From positions 6,554-70,553 of the IMG/VR virus record IMGVR_UViG_3300045391_004484: a stretch of 64,000 bases of DNA, one strand, 5' to 3'. The translations under genes and the position numbers were made by a program. Origin of the DNA: a virus (lineage: Duplodnaviria; Caudoviricetes). The notes under the pieces are model-generated. The model was not told the origin of the DNA. It made no database searches and saw nothing but the letters and a program-made list of their open reading frames with translations. This document shows, piece after piece, positions 1 through 9,797 of this stretch; position 1 is the stretch's first letter; each line of letters starts with the position of its first letter.

Positions 1-1
1 A

Positions 2-412
2 ATGTCTGATCGTCGCTGTGTTGTCTCTTTCGATGGGATGCTGCTAGGTTTTACTGATGCAGGCAACATCGAAACCATCACCCCAATTTATCAACAGACC
101 GATGAGGGGCAATTTGCGCTCGGGTTCGCGGTGGGGATTAACGATCGGGATTATGATCTAACTCCCATCACAGCGGCGGGTCAGTTTGCGCTCGGGTTCG
201 CAATTCGACCGCAATCCGATATGTTTGGTGAGTTTGCCTTGGGATTTAGTTTCTTGGGGCAGTCAAACCCTGAGCAAGGGCGGTATGCCTTGGGGCAATC
301 GAGTGATGGCATCGGCTCGATTGATTGGGATGGGCTGAGCGAGAGCCAATGGGAGAATAGTTTAACCGTGGGGCAGTGGGGCAATTTAGGCTGGTTTGTC
401 GCTCACTTATGA
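2..412 (+). CDS. Tail-associated protein, 3' part (probably 5'-truncated), with GQFALGF repeats
   Basis: ORF at the window edge; four G(Q/E/R)(F/Y)ALG repeats; upstream of tail genes. Confidence 0.5.
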   Translation: MSDRRCVVSFDGMLLGFTDAGNIETITPIYQQTDEGQFALGFAVGINDRDYDLTPITAAGQFALGFAIRPQSDMFGEFALGFSFLGQSNPEQGRYALGQSSDGIGSIDWDGLSESQWENSLTVGQWGNLGWFVAHL

Positions 413-463
413 ACCTCAAATAAGTTTGTCGCTCACTTATTGCCAAATATGAACGACAAACTT
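394..463. repeat. 17-bp direct repeat GTTTGTCGCTCACTTAT (394-410, 424-440) plus inverted partial copy (451-463)
   Basis: Exact duplication of the gene's 3' end read from the sequence; 422-434 pairs with 451-463 with one mismatch. Confidence 0.85.
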
Positions 464-468
464 TTCAT

Positions 469-672
469 TTACCAATCTCCGGCGATCATGTGCTCAAATG
501 ATGCATAAATGACGCCTTGATAACCGCATTTTGGGCACTTACCCGCCCATCTTGGGAATTGCTGACGAACCTCATCAGATGTCATCCCACTTGAGGCGAT
601 TGGGTCGAAATTTACGGGATGTTCGCAAGTCTTAGCGGTGGCTAGTATTGTTCTGAGATCAAAAACTTTCAT
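469..672 (-). CDS. Small hypothetical protein with CPKC motif
   Basis: 67-aa ORF preceded by a -10 box and leader hairpin. Confidence 0.55.
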   Translation of the reverse strand: MKVFDLRTILATAKTCEHPVNFDPIASSGMTSDEVRQQFPRWAGKCPKCGYQGVIYASFEHMIAGDW

Positions 673-771
673 AAGTTCTCTAAATTAGAGGCGCGATCGT
701 GGCTGCATTCTACCCCCTACCCGCAGTGCATTAGATAAGGTTTAGACCACGATCGCTGATTGTATTTTAAT

Positions 772-996
772 TTATGCAGGGGTGAAATCAACATAGTATT
801 CTTTGCCAACTTCAAACTTTGCAAATGCCACAGGGTTAAGAGTTGCGAGGGAAATCGATCCGGCGGGGGTCAAATTGAAAAACTCTTCATTCTCAGGGCT
901 GCCCGTAAAAACTGGCTGAAAACTGACGCTGCCACAATCCGGGGCATCAGTTGCAGGGGTTTTACTGAAGCATTTGAATTTTGCCCGAACACTCAT
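772..996 (-). CDS. Conserved phage hypothetical protein (MSVRAKF...GKEYYVDFTPA)
   Basis: Resembles a widespread ~75-aa phage family; start chosen at MSVRAK (996). Confidence 0.65.
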   Translation of the reverse strand: MSVRAKFKCFSKTPATDAPDCGSVSFQPVFTGSPENEEFFNLTPAGSISLATLNPVAFAKFEVGKEYYVDFTPA

Positions 997-1024
997 CGTT
1001 TTATCTCCAAGATTCTGCACGCCA

Positions 1025-1390
1025 TTATAAACACGCCTGAGCATCTGCATGACAGAGCATCAGCTTAAAAAGCTCTAATTCGTCTGATGTAAGGACGTGA
1101 TCACCGATCGTAATTTTCACCCAACCCTTATCTAAGGCTCTAATAGCGGCATGTATTTGGGCTTGGTTATTAAGCAGATCTGTATGGATAGACAGCTTTA
1201 GCGGTTGAACATTATCCCAGTGCTCTAACTCTGCTAGAGCCTCGCCCGCCGTCTCGCCATTGTCGAGCAAGCGTGTTTGCCCATCGGGTGTATCAAAATG
1301 TTTTTGCTCAGCATAGAATCTGAGGGCATTCCTCGCGACGGATAGCTGCTTTAATAGCTTGGCTTGCTCGATCGTAATAGTTTGTTTCAT
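1025..1390 (-). CDS. Hypothetical protein
   Basis: 121-aa ORF coupled to the 1387 gene. Confidence 0.55.
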   Translation of the reverse strand: MKQTITIEQAKLLKQLSVARNALRFYAEQKHFDTPDGQTRLLDNGETAGEALAELEHWDNVQPLKLSIHTDLLNNQAQIHAAIRALDKGWVKITIGDHVLTSDELELFKLMLCHADAQACL

Positions 1391-1608
1391 TGGTTGTTTT
1401 GCGTTCTACTCAAACGTCGCTCACTCGCCTTCCTTCTCTCTTCGGCGGCTCTCCAATCTATGAACTCGCACAACAAGCCTTTTAACTTAAAGACCTTAAA
1501 CCAGATATCGATCGCCTCCATCACGAGCAAGCCTAGCAGCCACAGCGCCCCGACAATGCCAATCATCCCGACAATTACACAACAAGCTACAACGTAGGTA
1601 TCGCCCAT
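1387..1608 (-). CDS. Small single-TM membrane protein
   Basis: N-terminal hydrophobic helix, basic C-terminus. Confidence 0.55.
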   Translation of the reverse strand: MGDTYVVACCVIVGMIGIVGALWLLGLLVMEAIDIWFKVFKLKGLLCEFIDWRAAEERRKASERRLSRTQNNQ

Positions 1609-1684
1609 GATTCTCTAGGTTAGGGGTGCAATCGGGCTACATTTCCACCGAGCGATGAATGTTTACTGCCCGATCGCTCAACAA

Positions 1685-1909
1685 TTATAAGGGCTTTAAG
1701 CTATCAGGATTAACAAATCTGCCGAGCGTTACAGTACCTTGATGATGAGCGCCATGAATGATTGGATCTAGCCCTGCATATTTCTCTAAAACCAAGTTGA
1801 TCGCCTCGGAAATATCAGCAGCAATAACATTTTCGTGAGAGTTGGTACGGTAGTTATGCTGACCCGCAATATTGGTCAATCTGACAGACCACATCGATAA
1901 ATTGCTCAT
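1685..1909 (-). CDS. Hypothetical protein
   Basis: 74-aa ORF in the antisense accessory cluster. Confidence 0.5.
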   Translation of the reverse strand: MSNLSMWSVRLTNIAGQHNYRTNSHENVIAADISEAINLVLEKYAGLDPIIHGAHHQGTVTLGRFVNPDSLKPL

Positions 1910-1980
1910 CGTTTTGCCTCAATTTGGTTTCAGTATGCCCGATCGTAGGAAATCTAGCGCTGATCCTTCGAGGTTGGGCA

Positions 1981-2679
1981 ATGGCGAGATACTTTTGTAA
2001 CGATTGGGTAAGCTATCATTTTATGCTGCCTTTTACAGGTGGCACGTTGCCCAATGCGGCAAAATACTATCTTTGCTTAGCTGATACCACACTATTGACC
2101 AGGGCAAGCACACGGGCGGATTTTATCGCCGCTGAGCTACTGCAAACCAATGGCTACGCACGATCGAACCTCGTTTTCTCAGCAGGTAGTTTTAGCAATC
2201 CTAACAAGCGGTATGATGCGGCTCTAGTCACAGGCAGCTTTGCAGCATCGGGCGGATCGTTCCAGTTTCAAACCGCTTTCTTAATTGCAAACGGGCACGC
2301 TACTGCAAATAAGACGATTTCCGATACAGATATAAACGCAAGTACAAACACAATCACCGCAACGGCTCACGGGCTAAGCAATGGGGCTGAGGTACTGCTC
2401 ACGGCTCAAGGTGGATCGACGCTGCCGAGTGGAATCACGAGCGGCACAATCTACACGGTGATCGGCACGACTACCAACACATTGCAGCTTTCATCGGATG
2501 GAGTGAGCGCGATCGATATCACGTCTACGGGTTCGGGTAATTTCTACGTTCGCTATGTTCCCGATCGTATTGTCTTACTTGATGTTCTTTCCGATCCTCG
2601 ATTATTGCTAGATGGTAAATCGTATGAATACGATCTCTACCTTGCAGGAATGAATACTACGTATGGGGTAGGCGTGTAA
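1981..2679 (+). CDS. Virion tail/baseplate-associated structural protein
   Basis: Thr/Gly/Ser-rich beta content, TITATAHGLSNG motif typical of phage tail proteins; start at MARYF. Confidence 0.6.
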   Translation: MARYFCNDWVSYHFMLPFTGGTLPNAAKYYLCLADTTLLTRASTRADFIAAELLQTNGYARSNLVFSAGSFSNPNKRYDAALVTGSFAASGGSFQFQTAFLIANGHATANKTISDTDINASTNTITATAHGLSNGAEVLLTAQGGSTLPSGITSGTIYTVIGTTTNTLQLSSDGVSAIDITSTGSGNFYVRYVPDRIVLLDVLSDPRLLLDGKSYEYDLYLAGMNTTYGVGV

Positions 2680-3287
2680 TGCAGACAGGGTATGCGGTAG
2701 CGACTACTGCCAATCTAAGAGCCATTACTTCAAGCCGCCGGATCGATGGGATGGCAAAGACGATCGTGGCTAAGAAAAAATGGTATCAATACGATGCCAT
2801 TGCTACGGGGCTTGTAGACGATGACGACACGATTTTAATTCCCGATGATAATATCGGCGCGTGGCTCGTGATGCATCCGAGCGATGGCAGCGGGGGAGGT
2901 GGGGGAGGTGGATCAGCCCTAGCAACAGTGCAGAATGGTAAGCCTACCGGGGCATCAGATACCGGATCGATCGTGGCAGATAGTAGAAGCGATCGAGGGA
3001 CTCTATGGGTAAAGACTTCAAGCGATTGGCAGCCCTTTGGATTCAGATCGATTTACCGTAGCGTAGATCAAAGCGTTATCTCTAGCGATTATGACGGGTC
3101 GATCGATAATTACATCGACACGATCACCCCTGATTTTCCCGGTCAAATCCTAGTGATCTATGAGTCTTTCCCCGGATATAGCTATATGTATTACTACATT
3201 TCTTTGCCTGAAATTGTGACAACTCGAACGAGCGGTTTTTTTAAGTGGATAGAATTACACTCGCCTCAGTCGTTTTATGACCTATGA
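2679..3287 (+). CDS. Tail fibre/appendage-like protein
   Basis: N-terminal module (LRAI...WYQYD...DDD.I..P...GAW) seen in fibre proteins; poly-Gly linker; coupled to the upstream gene. Confidence 0.55.
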   Translation: MQTGYAVATTANLRAITSSRRIDGMAKTIVAKKKWYQYDAIATGLVDDDDTILIPDDNIGAWLVMHPSDGSGGGGGGGSALATVQNGKPTGASDTGSIVADSRSDRGTLWVKTSSDWQPFGFRSIYRSVDQSVISSDYDGSIDNYIDTITPDFPGQILVIYESFPGYSYMYYYISLPEIVTTRTSGFFKWIELHSPQSFYDL

Positions 3288-4651
3288 GCGATCCACTGCA
3301 ACTGATTCGGCAAACCCAAGCGGAAAATCAATACCGCTACGCTGAGCAGCAGGACAGACAGCAGCGCATCGATCAGCAGCGGTCTAAGAGTTACACGTAT
3401 CAGGGCTATAACGCTGAATCAGGGCAATCAATTATCAGCAATGGCGACGATAGCATTAATGTAAATGGCAGCAATACGAATGGACTGATTAAACCGAATC
3501 AATCTGTTAAGTATCTGCAATCGGGGAATCAAAACACGATCGATCAAATGCCTCGACCGAAACGCACTGAGGATCAGACAACCTCTAGCGTTAGCGGCAA
3601 AATTAAAGTTCTGTTTACTATTGCTGAATCTAATTCCCTTAGCGTGTATGTGGGCGGGTGGAAATCTTCACCCGTAAAGCTTGCCACCTATCAGAATCAG
3701 GGTATAGGTACCCCATACTTGAACAATTTAGGCGGCGATCGGTTTATTGTTAGTTGGTTATTAGTTGATAGCAACGGCACCCCGATCGATGTAGTTGTAA
3801 AAACCAATGCAGGGGGATGGACACTAAAAGAGCTTCATCCTGATACCGATATCGCGTCTCTATTTCGTGCTTCTGATGGGCGATATTTGGGCAAGAATTT
3901 AGGCTTTGGGGTGTGGCGATTTGAAACTTTGGGCGTGCAGGTTGGCTCGCCCCCGGACGTAACATCTAACAGTATTCGAGGGATCTGGTATCGGGATATT
4001 TTGAGATCAGCCGATTACCTCGATCGTGTCACAACTACAGATCAGTACGAGGATTCGCTCTCTGAAGGTACGATTTTCTTGCTGCCCTCGCGGGCTGAGT
4101 CGGTTTCTATCTCTAGCAGAATTCCAGGGAGCGGGGCTGATCAATCTGCCTTCTATCGAAATGTCTTAACGTCTAACGCCTTTTTGGTCAATTCACCTCT
4201 GACAAGATCTTACGGCTATCGCAATCACACCACACAAACCAGCGCGAACGGTCGCCAGTTGCAAATTCAGGGCGATTCAGGGCTGTTTTTGTTTAAGCAG
4301 CTTACTGAGCAGATGTTGCTACCGGGTGTGTTTGATGACAACGATTTCAGGCAACTAACCGATAACAGCGCTGTTAATTCCCTCGTATCGGTCAATTGGG
4401 TAGGTGAGAAACTGCTCAGCGTGCCCGCTTTTCTAGATGGCACTACATTAAATTTTGCATTCGATCAGCCTGCAAAGTTCAAAAGCACGATCGAGGTAAC
4501 AGTAGTCGAGAGTGAGTTTGCGCCTGTAGTAGAGATCGAAGGATTCCAGATCCCGGAATCACGCCGCTTTAAGGCAAAAATCTATCCTCTCAAATCAGGA
4601 CTTAACCCCGACAAAACAGCAATTTTTGCTGCATCCTATCATCCCAATTAG
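3284..4651 (+). CDS. Tail-region structural protein; N-terminus paralogous to 4657..4932
   Basis: 455-aa ORF in the tail operon with ATGA overlap. Confidence 0.6.
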   Translation: MSDPLQLIRQTQAENQYRYAEQQDRQQRIDQQRSKSYTYQGYNAESGQSIISNGDDSINVNGSNTNGLIKPNQSVKYLQSGNQNTIDQMPRPKRTEDQTTSSVSGKIKVLFTIAESNSLSVYVGGWKSSPVKLATYQNQGIGTPYLNNLGGDRFIVSWLLVDSNGTPIDVVVKTNAGGWTLKELHPDTDIASLFRASDGRYLGKNLGFGVWRFETLGVQVGSPPDVTSNSIRGIWYRDILRSADYLDRVTTTDQYEDSLSEGTIFLLPSRAESVSISSRIPGSGADQSAFYRNVLTSNAFLVNSPLTRSYGYRNHTTQTSANGRQLQIQGDSGLFLFKQLTEQMLLPGVFDDNDFRQLTDNSAVNSLVSVNWVGEKLLSVPAFLDGTTLNFAFDQPAKFKSTIEVTVVESEFAPVVEIEGFQIPESRRFKAKIYPLKSGLNPDKTAIFAASYHPN

Positions 4652-4656
4652 CCACT

Positions 4657-4932
4657 ATGGACACTCTAAAACTAATTCGTGAGCAGCAGGCGATCAACCG
4701 TCTGCAATACGCCAAAAAACGCCAAGCTGAGATCGATGCTGAGGAAAGCAAAGAGCAGCTCAGCGGGCGAATTTTGGGCACTAACGCCGAGTTGGGGGCT
4801 GTAATGGTGGAATTGGACAATGGCGGCACTTTGGCGTGCCGTAGTGTCACGAGCGGCAATCTCAAGCCATCCTCAAGAGCGATCGTCACTCTTAATGGAT
4901 CTCAAGCTTGGGTGGATGGGATGCCAAACTAA
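4657..4932 (+). CDS. Small tail-region protein, stand-alone paralogue of the N-terminal domain of 3284..4651
   Basis: Shared D.L.LIR..QA.N...YA, G.NAE.G, KP and D.MP motifs. Confidence 0.6.
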   Translation: MDTLKLIREQQAINRLQYAKKRQAEIDAEESKEQLSGRILGTNAELGAVMVELDNGGTLACRSVTSGNLKPSSRAIVTLNGSQAWVDGMPN

Positions 4933-5168
4933 ACGATCCAATAGTCTTGCCTAACAAAATCTTTTGGATCTCTCTCAAGCCATTTGCAAAGCAAAAGAAA
5001 TTCTTCAAGCGGTATTTTTTTCCAATGTTCTGCCCGACTTAGAGATATAGGATTCAGCCCTGTTTCACTTTTTAGCTCTCGATAGTTTCTTCCCTGCCTT
5101 TTTAGAGAGATCGAAACTCCAAGAGCAGGCAGATCGATTAGATCCATAGGATCAGGAATGCAACTCAT
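4929..5168 (-). CDS. XRE-family HTH regulator (moron)
   Basis: NYRELKSETGLNPISLSRAE...LLLCKWLE pattern of HTH-XRE. Confidence 0.6.
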   Translation of the reverse strand: MSCIPDPMDLIDLPALGVSISLKRQGRNYRELKSETGLNPISLSRAEHWKKIPLEEFLLLCKWLERDPKDFVRQDYWIV

Positions 5169-5231
5169 ACCTCTAGGGTACTAAAAATATGGCAAGTAGG
5201 AATGATGCAGCAGTAACTTGCCCTGCTGCTT

Positions 5232-5699
5232 ATGCCCTCGGGATTTATCAAAAATATCAACGGTCGGCAAACTCTTGAATATCCCACGATCGAGGAGATC
5301 AGCGGGCTATCTGATGCGTTGGCAGAATCCCAATCAGCAGAGATTGATAGCAATGCTTCGATCGGGCAACCTGTTTACATCAAAAATAGCGGGCACTTAG
5401 GGCTTGCTCAGGCATCATCAGCAGCATCGGCGCGAGTCGTAGGGCTTATCCTGGCAGATGCTCAATCAGCCACAAGTGCCGACTATAGCAGCATCGGCGT
5501 GATCGAAAGAAGCGATTGGACAGCGATCACAGGCTCGTTACTGCTCAGCGTTGGATCAACTTACTACCTCAGCCCTAATTCGGCGGGAATGTTGACTACA
5601 ACAGCCCCTCAGAACTCAGGGCTTTTCGTTGTGGCGATCGGCATCGCCAGCACCGATCAAAAGCTCTCTCTTGATATTCAGCCCCCTATCCTGCTTTAG
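5232..5699 (+). CDS. DUF2190-like beta-rich virion decoration/appendage protein
   Basis: GQPVYI...A.A......VGL...G...G..YYLS...G.LT..AP...G..V..IG.A......L.IQ.PILL pattern. Confidence 0.6.
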   Translation: MPSGFIKNINGRQTLEYPTIEEISGLSDALAESQSAEIDSNASIGQPVYIKNSGHLGLAQASSAASARVVGLILADAQSATSADYSSIGVIERSDWTAITGSLLLSVGSTYYLSPNSAGMLTTTAPQNSGLFVVAIGIASTDQKLSLDIQPPILL

Positions 5700-5704
5700 A
5701 AGAT

Positions 5705-6187
5705 ATGACAGCTCGAAAGCCCCTAGTTTTGGTTAATGGCTCAATTCAACAGTTGCAGGCAGGCGACACACTGAATGCATCTGTGAACGAGGTTGATGTA
5801 GTTAGCTTGACCAATGCCAGCGGCGGATCTGCCGTCATTGGCACCCCGGTTTATATCTCGACCGCTGGCAGTTTTGCACTCGCTAAAGCAGACGCTAGCG
5901 GAACGATCGAGGCGATTGGACTCGTGCAGTCGTCAAGCATTGCAAATAGCGCCTCGGGTAGTGTGCAGACTGATGGCGTTTTAACAGCTACCACGACTCA
6001 ATGGGATGCTGTCACAGGCGCGACGGGCGGATTAACGGCGGGATCTGTTTATTATCTCAGCGCTGCTACAGCAGGCAGAATCACGGCAACCGCTCCAAGC
6101 TCTACAGGTCAGTATGTGATGCGGGTAGGTCGGGCACTTAGCACCACTGATTTAGACATTACAATTCTTCAGCCGATCTTGCTGTAA
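5705..6187 (+). CDS. DUF2190-like virion protein, tandem paralogue of 5232..5699
   Basis: Same motif set, ends ILQPILL. Confidence 0.6.
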   Translation: MTARKPLVLVNGSIQQLQAGDTLNASVNEVDVVSLTNASGGSAVIGTPVYISTAGSFALAKADASGTIEAIGLVQSSSIANSASGSVQTDGVLTATTTQWDAVTGATGGLTAGSVYYLSAATAGRITATAPSSTGQYVMRVGRALSTTDLDITILQPILL

Positions 6188-7443
6188 TGGCGTATTTTCT
6201 CAATTGGGTTAATAACACGATTTCTAGAATTGCGGCGATCGCGGTGAGCGCTGGCAGTGCTGACGCGGATAAGTTGCCCGCCACAAATAGCAATGGAATT
6301 TTAGATAACTCGTTTATTAATTGGGCATCGCCGGGATCGATCGGGAGTACAACGCCGAACACTGCTGTATTTACAGGGGCAACGATTGGATCAAATACAG
6401 CCAGCAGTCCAATTCTGGCGATCAATGGGGTTACAGGATCGGGGCGAAACCTTAACTTTCAATCGGCAGGCGTGGGACGCTGGACTGTTCGGGCAACGGC
6501 GGGTGATGATTTTGAAATTGCAGCGCGTGATGATACTGGGACGCTGATCGATAGTCCACTGTCGATCGCAAGAGCATCGGGGGGATCGATTACATTTGCT
6601 CGGTCGGTTGTCATTCCCGGCGGCACGATCAACAACGCCACGATCGGAGCAACAACAGCAAGCACAATCAGAGGCACAACGCTAACCGCAACAAGCACAA
6701 CCTCAAGCACAACAACCGCTACAGGCGCTCTGATTGTGGGTGGCGGGGCGGGAATCACGGGAAATATCAACGTTGGAGGCACCTCTCACAGTTTCGGATC
6801 AAATGCAAATTCTTTCACATTCTTCGGGGTTAATGGTGCTGTTGGGGGAAATCGCCAGTTAGTTTTTCAAACCGCAGGATCAACCCGTTGGAATTTTTAC
6901 ACAAACTCAACGGCAGAATCGGGCAGTAATGCAGGATCAAATTTCCTTCTTTCGTACTACAGCGATGCGGGCGCATACTTAGGGGATATTTTCTCAGCAA
7001 CTCGAACTGGATCACTCTCGATTGTAGCGGCAACCGCATTTACCAACACAACTGACAGTAGTTCATCTACGACAGGAACAACCTTTGCGGGTGGGGCTGG
7101 GGTTGCTAAAAACCTAAATGTAGGCGGCAATTTCGCCGTAAGTGGAACGCTAAAAGTTAGCTCGGGCGGATCAACAATAACCCGCGTTTTGTTAGCGTCA
7201 TCTTCAACTTTAGACACTGTAAGTTTTGCGGCGTCCGAAATCAAAACAGCTACCGTCACAGTGACAGGAGCGGCGATCGGCGATCAAGTCAATGTCAACC
7301 CAAGCTCATCAACACCAAATACAAACTTTAGTGTATGGGGTTATGTGAGCGCTACAAACACAATCACAATCGTAGCTCAAAACCGAAATACAACAACATC
7401 TCAAAGCTTTTCGGGTAACGTTAAGGTTTCAGTACTTGGATAA
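6187..7443 (+). CDS. Tail fibre / receptor-binding protein
   Basis: 418 aa, very Thr/Gly/Ser/Ala-rich; two internal repeats (NG..G..R.L.FQ.AG..RW). Confidence 0.75.
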   Translation: MAYFLNWVNNTISRIAAIAVSAGSADADKLPATNSNGILDNSFINWASPGSIGSTTPNTAVFTGATIGSNTASSPILAINGVTGSGRNLNFQSAGVGRWTVRATAGDDFEIAARDDTGTLIDSPLSIARASGGSITFARSVVIPGGTINNATIGATTASTIRGTTLTATSTTSSTTTATGALIVGGGAGITGNINVGGTSHSFGSNANSFTFFGVNGAVGGNRQLVFQTAGSTRWNFYTNSTAESGSNAGSNFLLSYYSDAGAYLGDIFSATRTGSLSIVAATAFTNTTDSSSSTTGTTFAGGAGVAKNLNVGGNFAVSGTLKVSSGGSTITRVLLASSSTLDTVSFAASEIKTATVTVTGAAIGDQVNVNPSSSTPNTNFSVWGYVSATNTITIVAQNRNTTTSQSFSGNVKVSVLG

Positions 7444-7448
7444 CTAAA

Positions 7449-8057
7449 ATGACTATCAATATTATCGATCTGAGCAATATTCTAGTTAATGGTGAAAATT
7501 TTGGAGCTGTCGCAGATGCGATCGCGAACAATCCGGGCTTAGCCTCAGACATCCAAACCGCTTTGCAAGAGTGGTGGACAAAACAGCAGCAATCATTTAA
7601 CGATGAGAAAGAGCAAATGATAGCAGGGCAACAGCAAGCGATTATAGAGGCGATTGCTAACGCCAACACTCAAAGCGCTGCCCAGATTGCAGAGTACCAA
7701 GCGCAAATTGCAGCATTAACACAGGAGCTAGAATCGCTCAAAAACCCGCCCACGCTTGCAATTGATTGGGCTAACTTCCGTTTAGGAATGCTCAATAATG
7801 AAGCCTATCAGCGGCTCGCGATCGCCATCATTGGCAGCAGTAACCAGGGAAACTGGACGATCACAACACTGCAAAATGTTGTAGCGATGGACTCGCCCCG
7901 CGTGGATCTGTTGATTCGCTTTTGGAATGCTGCCTTGTTGCTGACTCCGATCGGTTTGGAGCCAAATTCAACTGAAGTTGATCTATGGGCTGAAATTGCA
8001 AGGCAGGCAAACGTGCCGATCTCGTTTGAGAGCAGCGGCATCATGATCCGAAGTTAG
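7449..8057 (+). CDS. Putative tail fibre assembly/chaperone protein
   Basis: Immediately after the fibre gene; N-terminal coiled coil plus helical C-domain. Confidence 0.5.
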   Translation: MTINIIDLSNILVNGENFGAVADAIANNPGLASDIQTALQEWWTKQQQSFNDEKEQMIAGQQQAIIEAIANANTQSAAQIAEYQAQIAALTQELESLKNPPTLAIDWANFRLGMLNNEAYQRLAIAIIGSSNQGNWTITTLQNVVAMDSPRVDLLIRFWNAALLLTPIGLEPNSTEVDLWAEIARQANVPISFESSGIMIRS

Positions 8058-8770
8058 GCTTGGCAAATTTTGCCACTTTCGCCAGATTGAATAGTTGCCA
8101 ATCGAGATCGAATGCTGGATGCATACCAAACACCACCGCGAGACGTTTTGAAACCTTGAGCATTGAGACATTCAGCGATCGTGTAATACCCCTTACCTTT
8201 CTCTCTAAGCTCGATCGCCATTTCTATCGCTTCTCGTGTTGCCTCTCTCGCTTTATTGTGGGCTGATGTTCTGCCAGCTTTGCCAAGCTCTACACCTTCA
8301 TTTTTGAGCACCCTTAAAGCTGCTTTCGTCCGGCGGCTGATCTCTTGCCGTTCTTCATCAGCAAGCATTAGCTTCACTTTTAGCTCTAAGTCGCTCATAT
8401 TGGGGTTTTCGGCGATTGTTAACGGTGGGGTTTTACCGTTGTAGATCTCCTTTTCAATAAATCGCAAAGCATCGCTCATTCGTCTTGATAATCGATCAAG
8501 TTTAGCGACCACCAAAACAGCGTTGTGAGCATTGCAGCAAGCGATCGCTAAATTGAATTCTGTTCTGTCATACAAAAGGGTGTGTCCGCTGATTGTTTCT
8601 GTAAACTCAGCAATAATTGTTTTATTTGTTAGTTGTGCATAGCGACGGCAGAGATCTAGTTGAGCTTCTATCCCTAATCCTGACTGCTCTTGCCCATCCG
8701 TTGAGACGCGAGTGTAAATCACAACTTTCTCAGAATCCCAATTAATCAAAGCCTGTCTCATGTGTCTCAC
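8054..8770 (-). CDS. Serine recombinase (resolvase family) with short C-terminal DNA-binding domain
   Basis: VIYTRVST catalytic Ser motif, VLVVAKLDRLSR, C-terminal LNAQGFKTSRGGVW. Confidence 0.9.
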   Translation of the reverse strand: MRHMRQALINWDSEKVVIYTRVSTDGQEQSGLGIEAQLDLCRRYAQLTNKTIIAEFTETISGHTLLYDRTEFNLAIACCNAHNAVLVVAKLDRLSRRMSDALRFIEKEIYNGKTPPLTIAENPNMSDLELKVKLMLADEERQEISRRTKAALRVLKNEGVELGKAGRTSAHNKAREATREAIEMAIELREKGKGYYTIAECLNAQGFKTSRGGVWYASSIRSRLATIQSGESGKICQA

Positions 8771-8777
8771 CCAATTT

Positions 8778-8840
8778 GTAGTATATAAACGGTAGGATTA
8801 ACGCCCGTTAATTAACACTTAGTACAATATGTTATACTAC
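8778..8840. promoter_or_regulatory. Putative res/operator site upstream of the resolvase
   Basis: GTAGTATA (8778-8785) / TATACTAC (8833-8840) inverted repeat and imperfect palindrome TAGTACAATATGTTATACTA (8820-8839). Confidence 0.45.
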
Positions 8841-8916
8841 GAAAAGAGACAGAAGCAAAGCAAATCAACGCATTTCGGCTTTTCTGTCAAGAGTATTTTC
8901 ACAATTTGTATTAGTT

Positions 8917-9429
8917 ATGAGCGATCAATGGAAACCGATCGAGTATCCTAGCTGGCATACTAGGGGTGCTTATGTCAAGGGCATAATCTCATTTTCAGAA
9001 GTAAACCCATCCACAAAAATCAACACATCATCAAGAGCGTCGAGTCCCAAGATAGGTAAACGCGAGAAACAAAGAAGAGATCGGATATTAAAACAAATAG
9101 AGTTAAGTCTTTCTCGTGTTCCTAGATCTGAAGGGTTTCCTGAAAAGCTTCATCAAATACAGTTGTGCGAACAATTGGGCGGGGAAATGGAAGTGTCTGC
9201 TGCCTTTGGGCAGATTGATATCCTGACAGACACGGAATTAATTGAGGTGAAGCATTACTACCAATGGAAAAGCGCGGTCGGGCAACTCCTAGCCTATTCT
9301 CAGAGCTATCCAGACAGAATAAAGCGACTGCATTTATTTGATGTCCCAAACCCTAGACGCTTAGACCCGATCCGCGCATTCTGTGACGCTTTTGATATCG
9401 TGGTTACAGCGGTCTATATAAGCCAATAA
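8917..9429 (+). CDS. PD-(D/E)XK-fold nuclease-like protein
   Basis: GQIDILTDTELIEVK...WKSAVGQLLAY motif, as in KilA-associated nuclease domains. Confidence 0.65.
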   Translation: MSDQWKPIEYPSWHTRGAYVKGIISFSEVNPSTKINTSSRASSPKIGKREKQRRDRILKQIELSLSRVPRSEGFPEKLHQIQLCEQLGGEMEVSAAFGQIDILTDTELIEVKHYYQWKSAVGQLLAYSQSYPDRIKRLHLFDVPNPRRLDPIRAFCDAFDIVVTAVYISQ

Positions 9430-9470
9430 GTCTTATAGTATGAAGCGAACAGATTTTAGGACTTAATCAA

Positions 9471-9797
9471 ATGCCAGCAGGCGGTAAGCGTCCGAATTCC
9501 GGGCGGAAATCAGAATGGAAGGGTGAGGCTGAGCGAATTCGACTGCCGATCGAGCATCATCAATTTTTGTATGAGATAGCTAAACGCCTTGATAGTGGCG
9601 AGAAGCTCACCGTTTTGAGCGAGGGTGAATTAGGGGCAGAAACCAAAGAAGATACGATCGTGATTACTGCCGATGAACTGAAGGAGCACCTTAGAGCGAT
9701 ATCGAATCGTGTTGATGTGAGATACAGACCTTCACTAAGTCGCCAGTTTAACAACTTGATCAAAACCCTGAAAACGTCAAAACCGCCCCAAGGTTAG
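9471..9797 (+). CDS. Small DNA-binding protein (GGKRPNSGRK motif plus RHH-like segment)
   Basis: N-terminal GG.R..(S/A)GRK followed by RIRLP. Confidence 0.55.
   Translation: MPAGGKRPNSGRKSEWKGEAERIRLPIEHHQFLYEIAKRLDSGEKLTVLSEGELGAETKEDTIVITADELKEHLRAISNRVDVRYRPSLSRQFNNLIKTLKTSKPPQG

Noticed and set aside
2-7443. Diversity-generating retroelement acting on tail fibres
   Set aside because: No reverse transcriptase and no TR/VR pair with adenine-specific mismatches seen; the repeats present are exact or codon-level
6187-8770. Mu/P1-type invertible tail fibre cassette
   Set aside because: No opposite-strand alternative fibre 3' end or flanking crossover repeats found near the resolvase
8054-9429. 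IS607 element
   Set aside because: The recombinase lacks the N-terminal MerR-type HTH and the neighbour is not TnpB
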